DNA of 51,298 nucleotides, the filler included, from Bipalium vagum (Eukaryota), in assembly GCA_037834085.1 (NCBI GenBank). It is 3 parts of 3 records of this genome, joined end to end, with 100 filler letters (N's around TTAATTAATTAA, not from the genome) between each part and the next. Parts side by side here need not be neighbours in the genome. Positions count along the whole stretch, not along the records: positions 1 to 17,144 come from JBBMKC010072342.1; 2 more parts are not named here. One strand, written 5' to 3'. This document shows, in pieces, positions 1-12,321 of this stretch. The notes beneath the pieces are model-generated. The model did no database searches and was not told where the DNA came from. It saw only the letters and a list, made by a program, of their open reading frames with translations. A program made the position numbers and the translations under genes. Position 1 is the stretch's first letter. The number at the start of each line of letters is the position of its first letter.

Positions 1-759
1 AAACATAAAAATAAAATTTAAGAAGAAAAGTTCATCTGATGGTGATAAAGATATTTGTATGGTTTTTATAACCTTCTCAGTTCCTAATATTATACAACGA
101 GATTTGAGTCCAGGCTATCTATCTCAAGCAAACCATTTCCTCAATGATTTACATACGAATTTTCTGGAATTTTGAAATCGTCTCCACCAGAGGTCCTTTC
201 TGAGGAAATATTTAATATTTCGTCTTTTCAATTTAATTTGCTTTATTTTGAGGAGTATGTGTTCCACTGTCTGCGTTTGTTTTGATATTCCTTTGAAGAT
301 GTCTTTCATTTATCTTTTACATCTCTCATCAAAGAAATTTAATTTTAATATAATTAAAATATTATATATCCACGAAAAGGGCTTTGTAGATATTTTGATT
401 TGTTTCAGCTTTCAATAATTTCGAAATGCAAAGTCAGTCAACCGTGTCTTGAACACTTTCTTTTCGAAGACACTGCTTTCAGAAACAGACTTTAGAAAAT
501 AGGCGTTTTTTTAATAAAATCTATTGCAAACAAATTTCATTAGTGAATGAGAAACGTCTGAAAACAAAGCTTGAACCTTTTTAGTATGGATTAATTATTA
601 TAATTAATAAAATAAATTATTTAATGTTAATTAATTAATTAATAATAATAATTATTAATTACCATTAATTAATCTTTATTTCATTTTTATTATTATTTCT
701 TTCATCAATATATTCAATATATATATAAATAAGTTCTTATCTTAGCCGGCTAAAAGTAG

Positions 760-1396
760 AGCCACTTTTCCACAGAATACTGATATCCGATGAAAAGTGG
801 GTAATTTTTTCTAATTCAAAGAGAATACACGATTGGTTATTTCCCTTATCATAAGTTCAAAGGCTAGACTATTCAAAAAAGGCTGTTAAAGTGTGTTTGA
901 TAGACTTGTGAAGGAATCATTCACCATCAGTTCTTAAAATCAAAAGAAACAATAACCACTGACATCTATTGCGCTTAATAAGAAAAATTTAATAAAAAAT
1001 TGTTAGAAAAACAATGGTAGTTAATGAACAGAAAGAAGGATCTATTTCTTGAAGACAATGCTCGGCCCCTTGTGGCAAAATGTTTTAGACAAGATAACGC
1101 AATGTAGTTTGGAGATCATGTGCCATCCACCATCTTCCCCTGACCTCTCGTCAACAGATTTTCACTTATTTCTTCATCTTAGTAATCATTTGTGGAAAAC
1201 AAATTTCACAAATGAAATGGATCTAAAAATGGAAGTGTTCAATTTCTTCCTCAGTTAGAAAAAGGTTTTTTGAAAATGGAATTACCAAGTTGCGAAACCG
1301 TTGGAAGCATATTTTAATGAACAAATATATCTAAAATTAAAAATCTTGATTTACTTTTTAAAAAAAATCGGTGAGAACTTATTTGTACACGTAATA
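760..1396 (+). mobile_element. Degenerate mariner (DD34D) remnant, catalytic half and probable 3' end
   Basis: Disrupted translation gives RILISDEKW (cf. RIVTGDEKW), IIHHQFLKSKETITTDIYC, FLEDNARP and HPPSSPDLSSTDFHLF (cf. HPPYSPDLAPSDxHLF). It contains stops and frameshifts and ends in a TIR-like ...GTACACGTAATA. Confidence 0.85.
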
Positions 1397-1800
1397 CTTT
1401 CATAGGAGATAATATGAAAACTTTCCAATGGGAAACCATTATCATTGGTTGAACCCTTTCTCAAACCCATGGCCAAACAATCCATGTCAGCGGAGTATTT
1501 TTCGATTTGAAATCCTTCATCACTAGTGATATTTTAAATTTAATTAAAGAATGTTTTTTGTTTGAATTAATCAAAATCGATAGGAAAATTGTTTGACTAA
1601 ATAAAAATTGTAACCAGACAAATTTGTTTTAATTTAAAAAATTCCCAAAAATAATTTTTAATTAATTATTTTAAATATTTGACAATTTGAGCAAAATTGT
1701 TCCGAAATTTTACCACAGAATTAATTAGTGAAATGAAAGAAATATTTTCGGAACTCAACGTTTTATTTATTTTTTATTTTTAAAATGATTTTTCTTTCAG

Positions 1801-4800
1801 AGCCAACAGTTGAAAAAGCAGATTAACGAGGATGGAGAAGAATCGGAAAAGTTGAGACTTACCATTAAGCACATCGAAGAGGAATGGTCAAAGGAAGATA
1901 AGAATCTGTCCTCAACGATTGAATTATTGAAAAAGGAAATTAGGGAAATGGAAAGCGAAGAGAATCGCAGACAGCAGCATTTGACGGAAATGGAGCCAAA
2001 ACTGAAAGAGTTGCAGACATTTTACGACACGAGCATGGCAAACTACGAGAAGCTGAAGAAGGATTTCATTGGTATTTTCTGATGTTAATTATTTATTTAT
2101 TTCGAACATGGAACGATGATTGGAAAATTTGTTATATTTTTCCCTCTCATAAGAATCCTTTGAAGAATATGAAAACGCTCATGAAGTACAGGGGGTATCT
2201 TTAATTATATCGTTAATTTAAGTTTTCCTCACTTTATATATTTTGAAATAAAAATTCGAGGTCTTTGAGGCAAAGGTGTCATCAACATATTCAAATTTAT
2301 TCTTTGTCACCCTTCGTCATCTTTCAAGGAAAAAGGGGTTGTATTTCTTGATAAAACAGACATTAACTTTTTTGAAATTCAGTAGATGTAATCAATAAAA
2401 AGTTCTCATTGACTCAAGCAAATAGTAGTACGATTGAGCGATACACTTGACTATACAGGTTCCAAGATTTCCCAACGTGGGACTTCATCGTGAGGTAATT
2501 TGACCGAGAGCTAATCATAGTGGGTGAGTGAAGGTTTTTGATATGTAATTGATGTCTTTATAAATCTGTATTACCAGTTTCAAAGGATTCAAAGTCCATA
2601 GTAGAACATAATCCATATTGTGTCAGATATTATTAATACATAACAAGATCTTTCTACAGTGTGCATTGTATTATGGTGCTTAATCTTGATTTTTTCAATG
2701 ATTTTCCTCTTAGATCTTCACAATAAATTGATTTCTTTTTACAAGTAACTTTTTGCACAACCAAAGTTATGTCTGAAAATGAAAGACCCAATAGTTCTAA
2801 AACATTTTCTTATTGCACTTCAACTGAAATCGTGAGGATCAATTTTCCTGGCTTTAGAATTTTTCTTAATCAATTTATTAAAGGTCTTGAACTATGATTA
2901 TTAAGAGATTATTGTAATTATTAAGAGTTTTCGCTTAACCATCTGTGCAAATCACAGTTTTAACTTTTTTGGTTCATTTATTTTCCTTTTGTTATTCAAG
3001 TTAAAGAAGTTTCAACGATAAATGTTTCTAAAAGCATTTCATTCAGCTCATGTTTCTCGTTCTCTAGTATGAAGTAAACTTATCAGGTTGGAAAGAAAGT
3101 CTTTACGAAATTTTGATATACACATTTAATCGAATCATTTTGTGATTTTTTAAATTTGTTTATGTATTTTTAAAAAATGTTATTTAATGGAAAATTTAAA
3201 TATTTGGTTAAATTTTTGGGTAAATTATTTTGTTTATATAATTAAACCACGTCAACAGATGATACTAACATACGATATTGTATATTATATGAATTTAGAA
3301 GCTGTTCCAGGGCCAAGGAAGCTTACGAGAAAATTATATAACAATCATAAAATGTATTTTTAATCGATTTACTTTTTCACGACTTCGTAAAATGAGAACT
3401 TAAATATAAATACTTTAAATTGATATAACTGCCATTAGATATCAAGATAGATTTGGTGTACCAAAAAATATGAGGATTTTTTCAATTTTGATCAACTTTA
3501 TTCGGTTTGCTGAAAGACCAGAATTAGTACGACTCCAAACATTAAAATGATCTCCGTAATTAACAATAATTTATTTTTTTTAATTTTGTAGGTCTGAAAA
3601 GTCGTAAAATTGGACTGGAAGATGCAATTAAGCGAGCCAGAAGTAACCTTGAAAAGGAAACTGCGACCTTTGTAAGTATATGATCAAACAAAGTTTTCAT
3701 ATTTCTTCCTTAAACATTTCATTTGCCAATTGTACAAGAAAAAAGAATACTTCGAAAGTAGGTTCCTTTCACTAATTAAAATTATTTAAAATAAATTTAT
3801 TAACATCAAAACTTCTAACAAGGTTTCCTTTGAATAAAGTTTCCTTTAATAATACTGATTTGTGAAAACATTTTGGAAATGTTTTGGTGATATATCGAAC
3901 TATTTTCAGAATAATATGAATAGTTTTCAAAAATTTTGCAAAAAACATTGTGAGTATTTCGTAATCTAAATATAATGTAAAAATATTTGAATAAATTACA
4001 AATGTGCGTTTTAATGATTAAAATGTATTATTGATTAAACCATAAAAACCGGTCATTTTAAATTTTATTATGTATATTTGTTTCATTTATAACATTTTGC
4101 CAATATCATCTTTCATTTCATTGATTTTTAGTGGAAAATAAGTTTAGAAATATGGATGACGAAATATAAAACATTCGCATTTGTGTGTGTGTTATAGTTC
4201 CAAACAAGATTCATACTAAATAATATGCGATGATTTTGGTGATATTGTTATTAGTAATTCATGAAATGCAGAATATAGTTTCAATAATTTAAACATGAAA
4301 ATGTAGATCTGAAATGTAGATCAGCGTGGACGGTAACTTCAAACGGTAGATGAAAAATGACTTCAACGAAGTACTTGATAATTACACAATTAGTACATTT
4401 GAAACACATTTTTATTCGTATTATATTTTGATAATACTTCAGCAAAGGTTAGAAGAAGAAAAGAAAATCAAGGAGGTGGATCTGGATGAGCAACTGCAAA
4501 TGGAAGCTAAAGACCGGAGTGAGATTGAAAAGAAAATATACGTCAATGGGTGTAAAATATCAACAGTAAAAGAGGAAATATTACGTTTGAAGCAGGTAAA
4601 GGCTTGAAATAATGGGGTCGAGTTCAACATACGTTATTTTAGGAAATTGATAAAATGGATAGAAAATCAAGACTCTTAAGGGATGATTGGGAGAGAGCCA
4701 TGGTTATTTCTGGAAAACTGAAACAGGAAATCACAGGACAAAAAAGTTTTTTTCAATATTATTTTTTAAAAATAATAGCAGTAATAATAATGATAACAAT

Positions 4801-6331
4801 AATAAGATGAATAATATAGTGTTAACAACTGATATCTTCTCAATTATTTTTGTGGTAGAGGTCACCACAAAATATCAAATTTATTCAACTTATAGAAAAA
4901 ATAGTGTCATAATTAATTGATGTTTTTGTTTTAACAAAACAGAATATTTATAAATATTTTTTACATTCTCAAAAGGTGGCTAATTTTAGTTCTGCTAAGG
5001 TTGATAACTAATGTCCTAGTTTTTCTTTTTACTACAAATGCTCTTTGTTTCCTCCTTTTAAGGACCTGGGGTGTCGAGAAAAAATTTATAGTAATAAATG
5101 TTACTATTTTTATTTACCAGTTTTTATAAGTAACGCTTATAATTTTTCAGTGTTTAAGTAACAAAAGTAGCTATTTCTAGTTTCGAATTTGTATAACTCG
5201 GTATTGATTTTTATAATTCTAAAACTGACTTTCTTTGAAAAATCGCCAATGTATTCCAATCCAGAGAACACATCATTAGTTAGATCATAAAAATTCCTTG
5301 ACACAAGTTCAAAAGACAGGACTATTCGATAGAAGCTTTTACTGTGTGTTTAGTGGATTTGTGAAGGAATGATTCATCACAGGTTTCTAAAAGTGAAAGA
5401 AATCATTACCACCCCGACATCTAGTACACTTAATTAGAAAGGACTCATGAAAAATTGTTGGAAATAATCTATCAGTTAACAGAAAGAAGATTCTCTTTCT
5501 TCTAGATAATGCACGGCCGCACCTGGAAAAACAAACTATGATACAAAATAACACAAATTGGTTGGGAAATCATGCGCCTGTCGTTTAAGAGAATAATTAA
5601 AGAATTACCCCGATATTTTCTCTGATTTCAATGAAAACCTTTTCTCTTTTGACATTGATAAGTGTAAAATGGTTTTAACTAATTAATCAATAATATTAAT
5701 AAAAATAAATAATAATATTTTAATAAACAATCCTATTTATGAAAATCGCAAAATCAATCGCTAAACAACAACAATCTTTGTGAGACCTCATGCAAATTAG
5801 TATGTTTTATGGCTATACCAGACTCTTGACATTTATGTTTTTTTAGGTTTTCCTTTTAAAACTAAATTCAGAATTATTCCCTATTCTTTTTCATAATTTC
5901 TGCACAATGATATTGAAATTAGATTATTTTTGTCTTAGCAACAGTTTACCTTTCTTACTCTAAATTTTTCTCTAAAGGTATCTTAAAGGATGGCTGGAGA
6001 AATGATCAACAGTTGGAAAATGTGTTCAAAAATGATGAAATGGAAACCATAGAAAAATTGAAGGAAATTCTGAAGAGTACTGAAAAACGTCAAATGTTGA
6101 TTTCAAGTATTTCCGATAATCTGTCTGGCGAAATTCACCAGTTCGACCAATTTCTCCTTAACATCGGTTCGATCTCGACAGCGAAACAGATCTCCGACTG
6201 TGGTACGTTCTTCTGTGATCGCAATCTCATGTCATGATTGTTTAGGTGATGGCGGTGACAGAAGAATGATTGATGAGACCATTGAAAGAATTTCAAAATT
6301 GAACAGCCAGATTAGCTTGATTGAAAACTGA
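1801..6331 (+). CDS. Coiled-coil protein of unidentified family, 5'-partial (last 6 exons)
   Basis: Phase-consistent GT-AG exons: 1801-2071, 3592-3671 (GLKSRKIGLEDAIKRARSNLEKETATF), 4443-4595, 4643-4702 or -4745, 5989 or 5978-6202, and 6246-6331 (TGA). Two introns are short (47 and 43 nt). The protein is E/K/L-rich with heptad character, and AATAAA follows at ~6363. No start exon was found. Confidence 0.75.
2189..2560 (-). mobile_element. Highly decayed Tc1/mariner-superfamily remnant (3' end)
   Basis: TA|CAGGGGGTATC TIR-like terminus. The minus-strand translation weakly resembles the WPPRSPDL...WGYLK region. Confidence 0.3.
3081..3340 (+). mobile_element. Mariner 5' end fragment (TIR and transposase N-terminus)
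   Basis: TATCAGGTTGGAAAGAAAGTC is a mariner-type TIR. It is followed by IRYCILYEFRSCSRAKEAYEKI, matching the mariner N-terminal HTH start (IRxxxLYEFxxG). Confidence 0.7.
5240..5580 (+). mobile_element. Mariner internal remnant, same family as 760-1396
   Basis: Direct nucleotide similarity to 880-1130 (TTGTGAAGGAAT.ATTCA.CA; AACAGAAAGAAGA..CT.TTTCTT) and the motif LLDNARPH. Confidence 0.75.
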
Positions 6332-6654
6332 ACAAAAATATCAATTGAAAATGATTAATAATAATAAAAAAACATTTATTCATTTATTATTTTGTTTGAA
6401 TGAATTATTATTGATTTATTAACATTGGAATTAAATTAAATATGAAGAATAATTTTTATATTTTTCTTTTTTTTATTAATTTTTTTTAAGCTATATATTT
6501 TTTTAATATTAAATTTTAAATATAATTTTTTATATATTTATTTAAATATATTATNNNNNNNNNNNNNNNNNNNNNNNNNNNNNNNNNNNNNNNNNNNNNN
6601 NNNNNNNNNNNNNNNNNNNNNNNNNNNNNNNNNNNNNNNNNNNNNNNNNNNNNN

Positions 6655-6745
6655 TTATTTAAAAATATTTATTTAAAAATATTTATTTAAAAATATTTAT
6701 TTAAAAATATTTATTTAAAAATATTTATTTAAAAATATTTATTTA
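6655..6745. repeat. 14-bp tandem repeat (TTATTTAAAAATAT) x ~6, abutting a gap
   Basis: Directly visible next to the 100-N gap at 6555-6654. Confidence 0.85.
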
Positions 6746-7307
6746 TATAAATATTTATATATTCTGTTTTATGTCTTATGAGTTGAAATATAAAAAAGGT
6801 ATAATAATAAATTATAAGTAAAAATTATTTATTTTCTCTTAATTTCATTGTTTTAATTTGGAAATTAATAGTTTTAAATAATAGAAAAGATTTTAATCAA
6901 TAATTAATTGTCTTGGAATTACAAAATCATGTTTTGTAAGTTTTCTTGAAAATCTGAAGTGCTCAAATAAAAATAGTAATTCTCTTCAATTTTTATTTAA
7001 CAAATAATTCCAAAACAATTGAATTAAAATATTGAACAGAAATGGGGCATTAGAACTGTCCCTTTTCTATTTTTTTGTTTTCGTATCATTTATGAAGTCG
7101 TAACTTCCAGTAAGAAGAATCTTTGAAATAAGGAATGAAAAATCCGCAATCAATCTTTTTAATTATTCTTATAGGAATTTTACGAATAAATCATGTTTAA
7201 CCTCTAGTGATTGATTAAAAAAATTAGGGATATAATATGTGAGAGTTGCAAGGGAATATCAATAGTTCGAAAGAATATCACGAATATATATATATATATA
7301 TATTATA

Positions 7308-7866
7308 CAGGGTCTTCCAAAAGATCTTTACTACTTTAAGTCGTTATTTCTCCGTACATAAAATTTAATCAGCCAAGTAATTTTATTTATACCTTTATTT
7401 AAACACAGATATTACAAAATTTTATATTTTAAATATGACGTCATTAAAATGACCGCCTCTGACAGCCTTACAAGTTGAGGCTATTTTTATGGAATTTTGA
7501 ATAACTTTTTGGCATAAGTCAATTGAGATCATAGCGATTTGTTCCGAATTGTTGTCTTTGAGTTGTGTATTAGTTTTAGGTTGATTAATATAAACTTTAT
7601 CTTTTAGATATCCCAAAGAGAAATAGTCGGGAGATCTGGGAGACCAATCAACAAATTTTGCATTTAATTTTTAAACGGTTACTGAAATTGAACTACCGCT
7701 TTGATCAAATTTTTTGACAATTTCTGCCAGTTATTGCATATTATAACGACCCATATTTAATTTTCAAATGATTAGCTGGAATAATGTTAAATATTAATTT
7801 ATTTAAACAAAAACTACTTAGTATTTAATATGTTAAAAGTAGTAAAGCTTCTTTTGGAAGATCCTG
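7308..7866 (-). mobile_element. Internally deleted Tc1/mariner-superfamily element with both TIRs (non-autonomous)
   Basis: The left end CAGGGTCTTCCAAAAGATCTTTACTACTTT matches the right-end reverse complement CAGGATCTTCCAAAAGAAGCTTTACTACTTT, and both ends are flanked by TA. The minus strand keeps the transposase C-terminus WSPRSPD..GYLKDKVYINQPKT...GGHFNDVIFKI. Confidence 0.9.
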
Positions 7867-9049
7867 TATAATATTATAATTTGGTAAAAATTATTTAGTA
7901 AAGTTAGAAGTCCAAACTGTAGAATTTAAAACAAAAAATGTGACGATCAAATAATATTTTATAATTATTGTTTTTAATGAAAAATTGTTTGGGCGTTTGT
8001 TAATATTAACCAAATGTGTTCAACCTGACTCCAAAATCTTTAATTAAGGTTAGGTTCAAATAGTAATACCACGAGCAAGAAGAATGTATGAGAACGATAA
8101 GGTGAATTGAACAAAAAATGCCGTTCCTTAGCACTATAATGTCCCACGTATTTTATTCACAGCTTTCATTGCGTTTCTCAGAACTGACATAATAATCAAT
8201 CATTCCAAAATATAAAAAATAAATAACAATGTTCGCACAAAATAGAATTGGCTTCGCTCTTAGACCTATCACGGATTCCTTGTGGGTAAGTCGCTGTTAA
8301 TCAAGCTCGACAGAAAAACTATAGAAAATAACACCTCGTTCAATTTTTCGTCGAGTAGTTTGATCATTTTAAATTGTGGTCGCAATATGTCATATCGAAA
8401 TGAATTTTCAAGATGTCGAAAAATTCGATTGAAAATACCTATTCAAAATTTTGTAAAATGTCATCTCAACCAGTTTCTAAAAAATATTTATAACTTATTG
8501 TGGCAAGTAAGAGAGCTCGCAGAACGTAATACACCAATCGCTAAGCAGCTGCTACTGTTGCTTCTTCAAACCGGATATCTCAGACAGGGAAACCTATACC
8601 TTGCCTGAAATCAAAGCAAATCTAATCTGCCAGTAACGATAAACCCATTTGTGCTAAAATAATAAATCAAGAGAAATTAATTTATAAGGAAATATGAATA
8701 AGAAGGCTAATCAGACCCGAGGAATTTTTAAATTATTTCTTGTATAATTTAAAAATTTATTTTTGTAAATTAAGTATGTAATAAATAATATTTTTAAATA
8801 TTTACAAAATATCTGTATGTATGAAATTTTAAAAGTAAACTTTTTTTTAAAATTAAAAAAAAGAATCTCCAGGTCTGAGAATATTTGCTTGTTTTATCAA
8901 TTAATAAATTTATTCGAGTATGAACTCTAGTTTTGACAGTAATAGTCTATTGATATTAACAATGTGTTAATCAATATTTTACTATTAGTATATAATTTAT
9001 TATTATTATGTAAACCAAAAACTTTAATCTAAGTATTTATATTAAAAAG

Positions 9050-9310
9050 AAACCACTCGATTGGAAGGTTCTTTAAACTCTACTTATTTTCCGGACCTTC
9101 AGCAAATAGATTTTGAACTGTTCAGGTCGTTGTCTAACCACACGAGCGGTATTACTTTTGAGAATGAGAAGGGACATAAAAAGTGGTTGACAATTTTCAT
9201 TCTGAAAAGATCTATTATAGTAATAGTATTTCTTGTAAAAAGGTTTCAAAAATCTGATAGAAAAACGAGAAGGCATTCTAAATAATAATTGGAAATTACA
9301 TCATCGATTG
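9050..9310 (+). mobile_element. Mariner C-terminal remnant
   Basis: TYFPDLQQIDFELFRSLSNH (cf. PYSPDLAPSDYHLFRSLSN). Confidence 0.7.
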
Positions 9311-9559
9311 ATTTTTTATTATTATTTATAAATAAAATATGCTTATAGCTTATAAATATATATTATTCAAAATATGGAAATTTTCTAAATCACAATAAAT
9401 CGATAATAGAATTATTCTACCACTGAAAAATGTCTAGAAATTTTGGTGAAAAACTATACAAAATATTTATAATATTTTTATATAGAACCGAATTAAACCA
9501 CATTCAGAGAGTTCTACAGATCCGTGTGGACGGTGAATTCATCATTACATCATAACCAA

Positions 9560-9860
9560 ACTCTTTCAATCTTTTACAAGAACTTCAAAGTTATGCTTGA
9601 TCTGGCAATTTTCATAGAAGAACGCAATTGTCTTGACGTCTGTCAAATTTGGCCTTGTTTTATCAATCGCTTGCTTTTACCTTGTTAATTGATTACAATA
9701 CATATCACAGTCAATCCCTTTATTTCTTAATAAATGATTTCCTTGCAATTTCACCAGATACTTCCTTTGCTCGAATATGGATCATGATCTAGTTCAAAAC
9801 CTTTTGCACGGTAAATTATTTTTCGTCACCTGTGATCAGCTGTTTCAATAATGATTTACT
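9560..9860 (-). mobile_element. Mariner internal remnant
   Basis: Minus strand reads SLLKQLITGDEK and a decayed RP...VxFxxDNAR region. Confidence 0.65.
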
Positions 9861-10759
9861 TTGATTTATGAAATTATTATTTTTCAAGACAAAAGTCTGA
9901 ATATTAAAAAATGTACTTTGGGCGGTAATATATTATTATTATTATTATTAAACTTTATAAAATTTCCAAAAAATAATTAAGTCACCAAAAATAATGATTT
10001 CAACTTTCAAATTCTAACTAGTATAAATACTGATATGTATATTATAATAGTCAATTCTCGTTTTATTTCCCAGAAGACTTCCCCTTTCTGTTGCAAGGCC
10101 TGCAGAGTTTGTTAATGAAAAATCAATTATTAACACTCATTAATCAATAAAACAAATTTTTATTTACGATTTGGCTTGGAAAAGCTGTCAATCTTGTTGT
10201 TTAATTTTTAAATGGTTTTGTATTGCGATAGCTCTTGCCAATTACTCCAGTCCAAATAACTCAGCCCAGCCAGCCGATTTTACAGTGTTCATAAACACAT
10301 TTATTATTGTTTTACTATATTTCCCAAATTAATGGCTGAGATAGAATTATGCTACATTTCCCCAGTCTCCCTCCGCTCGCAATGCCAGGGGAGCGATAAT
10401 CCCACATCCGCAATCCAAAACTCCATCCACAGTACATTAATGGGAGAACTTATCTGTCATTAAACTGAAAGTTTTTCCCAATATTTATTATTTATTCAGA
10501 CATGAATATTTTAATTTTCAACATTAAACATATTTTCTGAGGAAATTTGAAAGTTAGATACCATGTATTTATAATATTTGATAATAATTTTTATATTCAA
10601 CAAATATTATTTATATTTAATAAATATTATTTATTTGTTTACGAACTTCATCTTATTTTAATTAATTTTGATTTATAACTAATCATATTTATTTATTTTA
10701 TTTAGCCATTTAAAAGATTAATAATATTTTTTCTATTTAAGATTAAATTATTTTTTAAA

Positions 10760-11470
10760 TTTAAAGCGGTGTGCCGTTTGTAAATGCTGACTCTGATTGG
10801 CGGTTTGCGGTAATATTCTGACTAATATTTTCGTTGGACATTTCTGACACTTTTCGTCCATTCATACCCCGCCGTAACTTTTGAGCGTTTTTGGATGCCA
10901 TAATTCCATACTAGTTTTATGTAACACCAGGGTTTTATATATAGATGAGTGAGGTACACTGTATTTCATAGAGATATTATAATGAAAGGCTATTTTCCAT
11001 GTTCATAATAAAACTGATTTTTCTCATTAGAGATCAAAACTGAAATGGATCTCACGGGTTGGCATTATATCCTGATCCTTTGATCAAGTTGAATTACATT
11101 GTCGGAAGCTCACACTTCCTAATGTGTTTTGTTAGTTCTCTATTTGTGATAAGTTAACCAGTAAACTCTCGAATCTGAGAGAGCTCCAATTGGCTGCCAC
11201 ATATAAGGGCCTTCCAGAGTTGAGAAGCAGAATAGAAGTGGGTTGAATTAAATTTAATCAGATTGAGAAAGTAGTATACCAGAAAAATGCATTAATAAAA
11301 TTGAGACTAATTGTGGAACTTATTGGCGTCAATAAAAGTCATGGCAAAAGTAGCGCGTAATCCACAGTTATTTCATGTCTAGTCCTCTAGACAACCGGGC
11401 CCTATGGAGCTCGACCGACCACGAATAAACAAATAATAGAACTGTTGGTTTTTTGTTATTTATTATTTTT
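10760..11470 (+). mobile_element. LTR-like / retroelement-terminus module (unclassified)
   Basis: GC-elevated island with an inverted CCAAT (10796-10800), TATATATAG (10936-10944), hairpins at 11376-11413, AATAAA (11424-11429) and a T-rich tail. The classification is inferred from this architecture only. Confidence 0.35.
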
Positions 11471-12321
11471 TGTTTGTTTGTATTGTTTTAATTGACTTCT
11501 CATTTATTCATACCTTATCATTAAATATAATATTTAGCTCTTTGCAATAATCAATAGGAAATATTACTCTAATAAATAAAGCACCTACGATACTCCTTAT
11601 TAACCACAGTCAATAATTTTTCAGCTTCTTAGATTTGACTAAATCAAAGGAAGCCTTTTTCAAGTTCCAGAAGAAGAAGAAAAGGATTACAAAGATTATG
11701 TGATACGAAATTGAATTAAATAATAATTTGTTTTGTCAAATCAATCGTAGCAACGATTGGTAACTAAAGATTTAAAATTATTTTACTTAGAGTAAAAAAT
11801 AAAACTGGCTTATCGAAGGTATCAAGATCAATATATTTTTATTGTTTTCTTTTTTCTGTTGGTTCTTGGGCTTAGTAGTATAGCTGAGAACGGTTTTCTC
11901 TGAAGAGTTGTCCAGTGTACAGCTCTCTATCTTATTCCTTTCTTGGAGTTTCCCAGGGGTTCTTGTATTTCAGCCATTTCTATAATTTTAGTTCACTTGC
12001 CTTATTGTCTTGATCTCTCACATAGGTAATGTACCAACATGAATGGTCCTTTTCTTGTGTTAAGTTTCTCAACTTGTGAATGTTAACATTCCAATAAAAT
12101 ATATTTTAAAGTATCAAAAACGAACCGCTTGTTTATGGAAAATTTGAAGTCGAAAAAACAGAAAAATAATATTGATCGATTTTTCAATGAAAATGCCTCT
12201 GAAACGTTAATCAGTAAAATGAAGTATTATAAAAGTTCTGAAGCAGATAAAATGAAAAAGTACGTTCTGAGGCCGATTAATTTAAATATAAAAATAAAAT
12301 CAATCCCAAATCAGAGCCCTT

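Noticed and set aside
124-309. 61-aa basic ORF at the window start
   Set aside because: It has no recognisable motif or consistent exon chain.
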